DNA of 64,000 bases. Origin: Sphingomonadaceae bacterium. Lineage in GTDB: Bacteria; Pseudomonadota; Alphaproteobacteria; Sphingomonadales; Sphingomonadaceae. The position numbers and the translations under genes are program-made. The notes under the pieces were generated by a model. That model had not been told where the DNA came from, did not search any database, and saw only the letters and a list, made by a program, of their open reading frames with translations. Positions 51,893 to 59,590 of the stretch are shown piece after piece. Position 1 is the first letter of the stretch, and every line of letters starts with the position of its first letter. The DNA is taken from contig RFZB01000001.1 of assembly GCA_009920915.1 (NCBI GenBank), positions 2,025-66,024 of the forward strand. The letters run 5' to 3'.

Positions 51893-53517
51893 GCTTTGTC
51901 GGCGCGATCCTCTAAGATCATGGCAGCTGCTTTTTCTGCAACCATCACCGTCGGCGCGTTGATGTTGCCCGAAGTAATGGTCGGGAAAATCGACGCATCA
52001 ACCACACGAAGGCCCTGAACGCCGTAAACCCGCAATCTGGTGTCAACGACGGCCGTTTTGGGGTCATTGCCCATCATGCAAGTTGAGGTTGGGTGATAAA
52101 CTGTATCTGCCCGCTGCCGAAAATCTTCCAAAAACGCGTCATCCCCTTGCAAATGGGCGCCGGGCACCAGCTCTTGCGTAATGATATCAGCCAAGGGGGA
52201 GGTGCGCGCCAAGGCACGCAGCATACGGGTGCCAGCAATTGCCTCCTCAATATCCAGCTGCGTGGTCAAATAATTCGGCTGGATGCTGGGATATTCAAAA
52301 GGATCCGCAGATTTCAGGTGAATCCAGCCTCGGCTGGTCGGTCGGCAGCTATTGAACGACAGCAAAAACGCGGAAAATGGGTCAGGATTCAACAGCTTTC
52401 GTTCAGACAGCGGAGTTCCGGTGTAGCTGACCGGGCTGAAATAAAGCTGCAGATTGACGCGAGGCGCGTCTGGATGGCTGCGGACAAACCCGCCTCCTTG
52501 ATTGACGCTCATGGAAAGGGGGCCGCCGCGATCCCAAAGATAGCGCAGGCCAGCCTTAATTTTGCCTGTCAAGGGTCGCAGTTCATCATTCAGGGTCGGC
52601 ACTGATGTTTTGTAGAAATAGCTAACGGCCAGATGATCCTGCATATTCTGGCCTACAGCCGGTGCATCGCTGAGAACCTCAATGCCCAAAGACTTGAGAT
52701 GGTCTGCTCGCCCAATCCCCGAAAGATTGAGCAATTGGGGCGAGTTGATGGATCCGCCTGAAAGGATGATTTCTGACCTTGCCCAAACCTGTTTGAGCGA
52801 GGTGCCGTGGCGATATTCCACGCCAATGGCGCGCTTGCCCTCAAATAAAATGCGCGTTGCATGGCTTTTCGTGCGCAACGTTACGTGGCCGTTGCGCAGG
52901 GCCGGGCGAAGATATTCATTAGCCGTTGAGGCGCGGCGCCCTTTGCGCGTGTTGATTTGATAAATGCCAACGCCTTCACCATCAGGCGCATTAAGATCAG
53001 GCGCAAAGGGAAGGTGGAGGGCCTTGCCCGCTGCGATAAATGTCTGACACAGCGGATGTGCATGGGCGCTGATGTCTGTCACATGCTGCGGCCCGCCCGC
53101 GCCGTGATAGGCGCTTTCGCCCAGATCATGATCTTCGGCTTGTTTGAAATAGGGAAGAACATCGTTCCAACCCCACCCAGCATTGCCAAGCGCCGCCCAA
53201 TCGTCAAAATCATGCGGCTGGCCCCGCACATGGACCATCGCATTGATCGAGCCAGAGCCGCCAATAACCTTACCACGCGGCCAATAGCTTTCTCGGCCCC
53301 CCAGGCCGGGGACGGCCTCAGTATCGTACATCCAATTGATTTTACGATCAAAAAAGGTTCGGCCATAGCCAATTGGCAGTTGAATCCAGACAGTCTGATC
53401 TGAGCCACCTGCTTCCAACAGCAAGACGCGCGTCTTGCCATCTGCCGACAGGCGATTGGCAAGCACACAGCCTGCGGTGCCAGCACCGACAATGACATAG
53501 TCGAACGTTTCGGTCAT
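51889..53517 (-). CDS. GMC-family flavin oxidoreductase (choline-dehydrogenase-like paralog, different substrate likely)
   Basis: IVGAGTAGCVLANRLS, PRGKVIGGSGSIN, VGQNMQDHL, YHPTSTCMMG and GNINAPTVMVAEK. It lacks the BetA-typical QAHVG segment. Confidence 0.9.
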   Translation of the reverse strand: MTETFDYVIVGAGTAGCVLANRLSADGKTRVLLLEAGGSDQTVWIQLPIGYGRTFFDRKINWMYDTEAVPGLGGRESYWPRGKVIGGSGSINAMVHVRGQPHDFDDWAALGNAGWGWNDVLPYFKQAEDHDLGESAYHGAGGPQHVTDISAHAHPLCQTFIAAGKALHLPFAPDLNAPDGEGVGIYQINTRKGRRASTANEYLRPALRNGHVTLRTKSHATRILFEGKRAIGVEYRHGTSLKQVWARSEIILSGGSINSPQLLNLSGIGRADHLKSLGIEVLSDAPAVGQNMQDHLAVSYFYKTSVPTLNDELRPLTGKIKAGLRYLWDRGGPLSMSVNQGGGFVRSHPDAPRVNLQLYFSPVSYTGTPLSERKLLNPDPFSAFLLSFNSCRPTSRGWIHLKSADPFEYPSIQPNYLTTQLDIEEAIAGTRMLRALARTSPLADIITQELVPGAHLQGDDAFLEDFRQRADTVYHPTSTCMMGNDPKTAVVDTRLRVYGVQGLRVVDASIFPTITSGNINAPTVMVAEKAAAMILEDRADKA

Positions 53518-54701
53518 TGAACTGGGTGCTGTGTCATCTCGAGGTGCAGCATCGTGCCCGTATAGGGATTTGCGCGGGCAACCTCTTCATTCAGTTCTAC
53601 GCCAAGGCCCGGTGCGGTTGGGGGGATGACATGGCCATTCTCAAACTGGATCGGCGTCTTTAAAATTTCACTGTGGAAACCGCCCCAATCCTCAATGCTC
53701 TCTAGGATCAAGAAATTGGGAGAACAGGTCGCAATCTGGATATTGGCCGCGCCGACAATTGGCCCGCAGTATAAATGCGGCGCAATCTGCGCATGATATA
53801 CTTCAGCCATGCCGGCGATTTTCTTGGCTTCTAAAATGCCGCCAACGCGCCCCAAATTCATCTGAAGGATGGCAGCACCCCCCGCCTTTAAAAGGCGAGC
53901 AAAATCATATTTCGTGGTCAGCCGTTCCCCCGTTGCAATGGGAATGCTGGTGCCGCGGGCAACTTTGGCCATTTCTTCGGGAGCATCGGGCGGCACAGGC
54001 TCTTCCAGCCACAGCGGATCATAAGGCTCAAGCCGCTTGGCAAGACGAATGGCACCCGCCGCCGTCATTTGCCCATGCGTGCCGAAAAGCAGATCCGCCT
54101 TATTGCCAACCGCGGCGCGCAGTTGCTTACAGAAACGTTCAGACAGATCGAGCGCCTCTAGCGACAATTGGCGCCCATCAAACGCAGAATAAGGGCCGGC
54201 TGGATCAAATTTCAGCGCCGTAAAGCCCTGTGACAGGTAAAGCGCGGCCCGTTCGGCTGCCAAATCGGGATCATGATAGACATCCGTTTTGTCGCCCGGT
54301 CGCGGATAGATATAGGTGTAGGACCGAAGCCGCTCATGCACCTGCCCACCCAATAGCTTGTAGACAGGTTGATTGGCAGCTTTGCCCACAATGTCCCAGC
54401 AGGCCATTTCCAGAGCCGACAATACGCCCATGAGTGTCAGGTCTGGGTGTTGCGTAAACCCGCTTGAGTACACGCGCCGCCATATGGACTCGATATTGTG
54501 CGGATCATGCCCAGCCAAATAGCGAGCAAAAACATCCTCGATCATCTTCGCGACCAGATGCGGCTCAAATGGCACGCAATAGGCTTCACCCACGCCAGAT
54601 AGGCCATCATCGGTCGTCATTTTGACGAACACGAAATAGCGGCCACCGAAATGGGGCGGGGGATTACCAACAACAAAGGTTTCGATATCAGTCAGCTTCA
54701 T
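53514..54701 (-). CDS. enolase-superfamily enzyme, mandelate racemase / acid-sugar dehydratase (DgoD-like) subgroup
   Basis: GVGE, ALKFDP, metal-ligand contexts THGQ / WLEEP / TGERL, and general-acid/base APHLYCG. Start at ATG 54701. Confidence 0.9.
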   Translation of the reverse strand: MKLTDIETFVVGNPPPHFGGRYFVFVKMTTDDGLSGVGEAYCVPFEPHLVAKMIEDVFARYLAGHDPHNIESIWRRVYSSGFTQHPDLTLMGVLSALEMACWDIVGKAANQPVYKLLGGQVHERLRSYTYIYPRPGDKTDVYHDPDLAAERAALYLSQGFTALKFDPAGPYSAFDGRQLSLEALDLSERFCKQLRAAVGNKADLLFGTHGQMTAAGAIRLAKRLEPYDPLWLEEPVPPDAPEEMAKVARGTSIPIATGERLTTKYDFARLLKAGGAAILQMNLGRVGGILEAKKIAGMAEVYHAQIAPHLYCGPIVGAANIQIATCSPNFLILESIEDWGGFHSEILKTPIQFENGHVIPPTAPGLGVELNEEVARANPYTGTMLHLEMTQHPVQ

Positions 54702-56136
54702 GCTGGATAAACCCATTGATAACTTTGATTTCTAGGAAGTCGTGAAGGCCAAAAACGCCCCATTCACGGCCATTGCCTGATTGTTTATACCCCCCAAAGG
54801 GAGAGCAATAATCTTGCCCGGCGCCATTGAGGTAAATGCTGCCAGCACGAATTTTGCGCGCGACGCGGCGTGCGCGTTCTAAATCGCCAGACTGAATATA
54901 GCCGGCAAGGCCATAGGGCGTGTCATTCGCAATGCGAACTGCCTCCGCCTCATCCTGAAAAGGAATCATCACCAGCACAGGCCCAAAGATTTCTTCCTGC
55001 GCAATCGTCATCTTATTGTGCACATGGGCAAAGATTGTTGGCTTTACATAATAGCCACGGTCAAAGCCCTCGGCGCGCCCAAGGCCACCCGCCACAAGAT
55101 GTGCGCCTTCATCAATGCCAGCTTTGATCAGCGCCTGAATCTTATCAAATTGTGCTTTGCTGACTACGGGGCCTAGATGTGGCCCTTTTTCCATGGGATC
55201 GCCCAGCGTCACACCCGCCGCAACGCGGGCTGCAATTTCAACTGCGGCGTCATAGGCTGACGCCTCGACCAGCATTCGGGTTGGCGCATTGCAGGATTGG
55301 CCTGTGTTGCCGAAACAGTGCAGGATACCGCGGGTCACAGCAGCGTCCAGCCCGGCATCGGCAAAAATGATATTGGCCGATTTGCCGCCAAGCTCTTGAG
55401 AAACACGTTTTACCGTGTCTGCCGCAGATTTCGCGATTTGGATCCCGGCGCGTGTTGACCCAGTAAAGGACACCATATCCACGTCTGGGTGGCCGGTCAG
55501 GGCATCACCGATCATGGCGCCTGTGCCATGAACCATGTTGAAGACGCCAGTTGGAAAGCCTGCCTCGTCGATAAACTCGGCAAAAAGCTGGGCCGAAAGC
55601 GGCGAAATTTCGCTGGGTTTCAGCACCATCGTGCACCCCGCAACAAGTGCGGGCCCGATTTTCGCTGCGAGTTGATTGATAGGCCAGTTCCAAGGCGTAA
55701 TCAGCACGCAGACGCCCACAGCTTCATAGGTTAGATTGCCAGTTGAGCCGATTGGGCTGTCCCAATTCATGCTGCGTGCAGCGCGGACGGTTTCCTTCAA
55801 ATGCCCCGGGCCGCATTCCGCCTGTGCGTTGAACGACAGATCATAAGGGGCGCCCATTTCCGTTGAAATGGCTGAGACCATTTCGTCATAGCGCCGCTCA
55901 AAAATGCCGATCAGCTTTTCAACAAGCGCGAGCCTGTTCTCAAGTGGCAGTGCGGAATAGGCATCAAAGGCGGCGCGGGCGGCCTGAACGGCACGGTCCA
56001 CATCGTCAGGCCCGCATAAGGCAATGATCGCGCAAGGCTCTTCCGTTGCGGGGTTAATCGCCTCAAGCGTTTGCGTTGAAGTTAGCGGCGCAACCCACTG
56101 TCCATTAATGTAGGATTTTAGGGGTGTATCAAACAT
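54688..56136 (-). CDS. NAD-dependent aldehyde dehydrogenase
   Basis: ITPWNWP, LKPSE, FTGSTRAG, QELGGKS, catalytic NTGQSCNAPTR and EEIFGPV. Start at ATG 56136, overlapping the MFS stop. Confidence 0.93.
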   Translation of the reverse strand: MFDTPLKSYINGQWVAPLTSTQTLEAINPATEEPCAIIALCGPDDVDRAVQAARAAFDAYSALPLENRLALVEKLIGIFERRYDEMVSAISTEMGAPYDLSFNAQAECGPGHLKETVRAARSMNWDSPIGSTGNLTYEAVGVCVLITPWNWPINQLAAKIGPALVAGCTMVLKPSEISPLSAQLFAEFIDEAGFPTGVFNMVHGTGAMIGDALTGHPDVDMVSFTGSTRAGIQIAKSAADTVKRVSQELGGKSANIIFADAGLDAAVTRGILHCFGNTGQSCNAPTRMLVEASAYDAAVEIAARVAAGVTLGDPMEKGPHLGPVVSKAQFDKIQALIKAGIDEGAHLVAGGLGRAEGFDRGYYVKPTIFAHVHNKMTIAQEEIFGPVLVMIPFQDEAEAVRIANDTPYGLAGYIQSGDLERARRVARKIRAGSIYLNGAGQDYCSPFGGYKQSGNGREWGVFGLHDFLEIKVINGFIQHEAD

Positions 56137-57427
56137 AGCCAACTGCCCGCTTCTGATCTTCAATGATGTATTTTTCAGCCCGCCAATAATGCCAAGCCGC
56201 CCAGAAGCCGCTGGGTGCAAGGATTAGCTGCGCCAGACGCAGTGAGTCTGCATCTGCGCCCGCCGGACCAGCAAAATAATCACTCAACGCCCCGACAAGG
56301 CCGGGCGCCACGATCAGATTTAGGACATTAGCAATCAGCAAAGAGATGGCAATTGCCATGGCCCGCATATTGGGGGCTGCCAAATTCTGGCACAGCGCCA
56401 TTGCAGGGCCAATATAGAAATAGATGGTTGGGATGAACAGCCACCACATAATCTTCGCAACGGCCAAGTCATGCGTCCAATAGGCATAGAAGGAAGGCAG
56501 CGTTCCCAATGCGGTGACCACAGCCAACAGCCGGGCGATGCGGCGCGGGTCAGCATAGCTGGGCCGCGCAACAACCCAAGCGGTCACCAGCGATGCCCCA
56601 ATGCCGCCGATGAGGTAAATTTCCCCCAGCAAACGGCCTGCTTCCCCTTCATTCATGCCATAGGTCCGCTGCAGGAAGAGGGGGGTGAACCACATCAAGC
56701 CCCAGCCCCAAAAGGCAGACAAGCCCGCGCCCATCATGCCATGAACGGCGGATTTCTGAGACCAGAGAAACTTGAGTGTTTCCATTACAGTAGCCGCTTT
56801 GTCTCCCGAAACAGCGTCGAGCCGGCCACGTTTGGGTTCTTTAATGGTCACGAGAATGATGACAGCTAGGATGATGCCAGGAATGCCCAGAACCAAAAAG
56901 GCCGAGCGCCAGCCATGATTGGTCGATACAAGGCCCGCAATGTCTGAGCCCAGCCATGCCCCAATAGGCGCGCCTAAGGCGAAAATTGTCATTGCCATTG
57001 AACGACGATCAGCTGGAAAATAATCGGCAATAATGGAGTTGCAGGCCGGGGTGCCGCCGGCTTCGCCCACGCCCACGCCAATGCGCGCCAGTAACAGGTC
57101 AAAATAGCCCCGTGTGTACCCCGTCAGCGCTGTCATGGCGGACCATGCAGCAACCGAGGCCGCCAGCAGCTTTTTCCGGTTGGTCCGGTCTGTCAGCCAG
57201 GACAGGGGTATGCCCATGATGACGTAAAAGAGCGCCAATGGAATGCCGAGTGACGCGGCGCCAGTATCGCTTAAATTGAGTTCTTCGCTAATTGGTCCCA
57301 ACAATGTGGAGAGGACATAACGATCTGCAATGCTAATCGTATAGACAAGCATCATGATGAAAAGGACATACCAGCGCTGGCCCAGCGTTGATACGGTGTC
57401 GGCGTCTACAGGATTTTGAGTTGCCAT
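56129..57427 (-). CDS. MFS transporter, spinster-like
   Basis: ADRYVLSTLLGPI, DRTNRKKLLA, RIGVGVGEAGGTP, IADYFPADRR and HGWRSAF. Confidence 0.9.
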   Translation of the reverse strand: MATQNPVDADTVSTLGQRWYVLFIMMLVYTISIADRYVLSTLLGPISEELNLSDTGAASLGIPLALFYVIMGIPLSWLTDRTNRKKLLAASVAAWSAMTALTGYTRGYFDLLLARIGVGVGEAGGTPACNSIIADYFPADRRSMAMTIFALGAPIGAWLGSDIAGLVSTNHGWRSAFLVLGIPGIILAVIILVTIKEPKRGRLDAVSGDKAATVMETLKFLWSQKSAVHGMMGAGLSAFWGWGLMWFTPLFLQRTYGMNEGEAGRLLGEIYLIGGIGASLVTAWVVARPSYADPRRIARLLAVVTALGTLPSFYAYWTHDLAVAKIMWWLFIPTIYFYIGPAMALCQNLAAPNMRAMAIAISLLIANVLNLIVAPGLVGALSDYFAGPAGADADSLRLAQLILAPSGFWAAWHYWRAEKYIIEDQKRAVGYV

Positions 57428-57441
57428 TATTTACCCTCTCA

Positions 57442-59466
57442 TCATCGTGCCAATTCCGGCCCTAAAACGTCGCGTAATGGGTCAAGATATGGCGAGAAAT
57501 TTTCCCACTGATCGACGCCGCTGCGGAACAGTGGCTGGCGCACTTGCTCAGAACTGGCGGTGCGGACAGCGCGTTCAGTCTGGTGGAAGTTGATGCAGGC
57601 TTCTTCAAAGTCGAGGCCACAGAAATCAAGCACGCGGCGCACCTGCGTTTCCAAATCATCAACAACGTCTTCATACTGAACTTTGAGGACCTTGCCGGGC
57701 AGAACCTTGTCCCAATGATCCATCAGCGCGACATAGTCTTTGTAATAATGGCCAATTTCCTCAAGGCCGTAGGTGAATTCCTGCCCCTCGGCGAACAATT
57801 GTTTAAACCCAGAAAAGCAGCAGCCCATTGCACTGCGACGCGCATCAATGATTTTTGCATTGGGCAGGATCATGTGGATCAGGCCAATATGCCGAAAATT
57901 ATTGGGCATTTTATCAATGAAAAAGGGCTTGTTGGTTTTGCGGTGAATGCGCGTGTCGCGCAAATAGGCTTCGCCAAAGGCCCGAAGGTCGTCGCGCGAC
58001 AATTCGTTGAGATTGGCGGGATAACGCGCTTCTTCTCCAACGCGACGTCGGCCATCCAGCTTGTGCGCAAGGGCCAGAATATTTGGCAACTCCATCGTGC
58101 CTTCCACTTGGCTATGCGAAGCCAGAATTTGCTCTAGCAACGTAGAGCCTGCGCGTGGCAAGCCGAGAATGAAAATGGGGTCCTGCGCTGCAAACCCTGC
58201 GCCGGCCGTATCTGCAAAGAGTTGCGGTGTGCAATGTTCAATCTGCAGACCAATTTCCTTGGAAATCTTCCGCCAATCATACCCAACTTCATCACGTTTT
58301 AGGCGGTTGCCGCGCTCATAATAGTCAAAGGATGTGGCATAATCCCCGCTATCTTCCAGCGCTTTGCCAATGGCGAAGCACAGATGATAGCGATCGACGA
58401 GCTGGGTGGTCGCCTGATCTTCAATGTCGCGCATCTTCGACACGAGGCCCGCGTCAAAGCGATAGGTTTTCAGGTTGGCAAGGCTCCAATACGCGTCGCC
58501 AAAATCGGGGCGGACACGATAGGCTTGGCTATAGGCCTCAATGGCTTCTTGCTGGCGCCCCGTCGTTTTCAGCGCATGGCCCAATGTCAGGTGTACGCTG
58601 GGATTGCCAGGTTGGGCTGCGGCAATAGTCTTATAAATAGACAGCGCTTCATCAAAATTCCCAACGCCCAAGCTCTGATTGGCATAGAGCATTTCAACTT
58701 GCGGATTTTCTGGGTCGTTTTCACGCAGGATTTTAGCTTGTTCGAGGGCCTGCGCAAATTTCTGCCGACTTTGCAGGACTGTTACATAATCAAAGCGGGC
58801 GCCGGGGTTTTCGGGCTCAAGCTCGACTGCGGATTCCAAAAGAAACTCGGCCTCGTCCAGCACGTTAAACTGTGTGCCAATCTGCGCCAGAAGCCGCATG
58901 GCTTCGACATGGTGCCCATGCGTCTGCAAAAAGGCGCGGCACAGCTTTTCCGCCCGCAAGAAACGGCCTTCTTCAATAAGGCTGGCAACTGTCAACAACT
59001 CAGGGGGAAGGGCGCTCCAATATTCGCTCTGAATCTCGGCAAATTCGGCTGCTGCGGTGCGGCCTGCCGCGCGATTGAGGCGCGCAAGCATGTTCCAGCT
59101 GGCGAGCAAGGCGCGATTATGGGCCACTGCATTTTGATAGGCCATCAAAGCGGCAGTGCTATCGCCCATGTCTCTGAGGCAATGGCCCTGTTCCTGATGG
59201 GCACGGCCATTTGCGGGGTTGATGGAGATTAGGCGCTTAACTGTTGCAAGCGCCTCAGCAAATTTACGCTGCGTGCGTTGAGAAACGGCAAGAATGTACA
59301 GCGCATCGCGATTGTCAGGCTGGTCGGCCAAGAGCTGCTGGCAGAGCGTTTCTGACTCTTTGGCTTGCCCCTTTTGCAGCATCTCGCGCGCTTTGGCTGC
59401 GATGGCATCGCTATCAAGGGGGGTAACCGTAACGTTCATGGCCTGCAAATCCTTATCTTGCGGCAA
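57442..59466 (-). CDS. TPR-repeat-containing sulfotransferase-family protein
   Basis: N-terminal helical TPR-like repeats, then PIFILGLPRAGSTLLEQIL (5'-PSB loop), FIDKMPNNF, DARRSAMGCCFS and TASSEQVRQP. Start at 59466 or 59439. Confidence 0.9.
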   Translation of the reverse strand: MPQDKDLQAMNVTVTPLDSDAIAAKAREMLQKGQAKESETLCQQLLADQPDNRDALYILAVSQRTQRKFAEALATVKRLISINPANGRAHQEQGHCLRDMGDSTAALMAYQNAVAHNRALLASWNMLARLNRAAGRTAAAEFAEIQSEYWSALPPELLTVASLIEEGRFLRAEKLCRAFLQTHGHHVEAMRLLAQIGTQFNVLDEAEFLLESAVELEPENPGARFDYVTVLQSRQKFAQALEQAKILRENDPENPQVEMLYANQSLGVGNFDEALSIYKTIAAAQPGNPSVHLTLGHALKTTGRQQEAIEAYSQAYRVRPDFGDAYWSLANLKTYRFDAGLVSKMRDIEDQATTQLVDRYHLCFAIGKALEDSGDYATSFDYYERGNRLKRDEVGYDWRKISKEIGLQIEHCTPQLFADTAGAGFAAQDPIFILGLPRAGSTLLEQILASHSQVEGTMELPNILALAHKLDGRRRVGEEARYPANLNELSRDDLRAFGEAYLRDTRIHRKTNKPFFIDKMPNNFRHIGLIHMILPNAKIIDARRSAMGCCFSGFKQLFAEGQEFTYGLEEIGHYYKDYVALMDHWDKVLPGKVLKVQYEDVVDDLETQVRRVLDFCGLDFEEACINFHQTERAVRTASSEQVRQPLFRSGVDQWENFSPYLDPLRDVLGPELAR

Positions 59467-59540
59467 ATTCTACGAAGATATGAGTGCCAAAGTAAGGACG
59501 TTCGTGTGACGATGTCAGTCTAAAAATATCTGGCAGTGTA

Positions 59541-59579
59541 GAAAAGAAAAATCCCGCCCCATTTTTGGTGGGGCGGGAT
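59541..59579 (-). terminator. intrinsic terminator after the TonB-dependent receptor
   Basis: 11-bp stem ATCCCGCCCCA (59551-59561) / TGGGGCGGGAT (59569-59579) followed on the minus strand by TTTTTCTTTTC. Confidence 0.85.
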
Positions 59580-59590
59580 CTATCAGATGC

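Noticed and set aside
53514-54701. HpbD (hydroxyproline/proline betaine 2-epimerase) assignment
   Set aside because: It was tempting in a betaine island, but the sequence shows K-x-D and a His general base typical of the mandelate racemase/dehydratase subgroup, not the two-lysine epimerase pattern.
49408-56136. Calling either ALDH betB
   Set aside because: Neither is linked to betA, and their motifs look PuuC-like or generic. The substrate cannot be read from the sequence.
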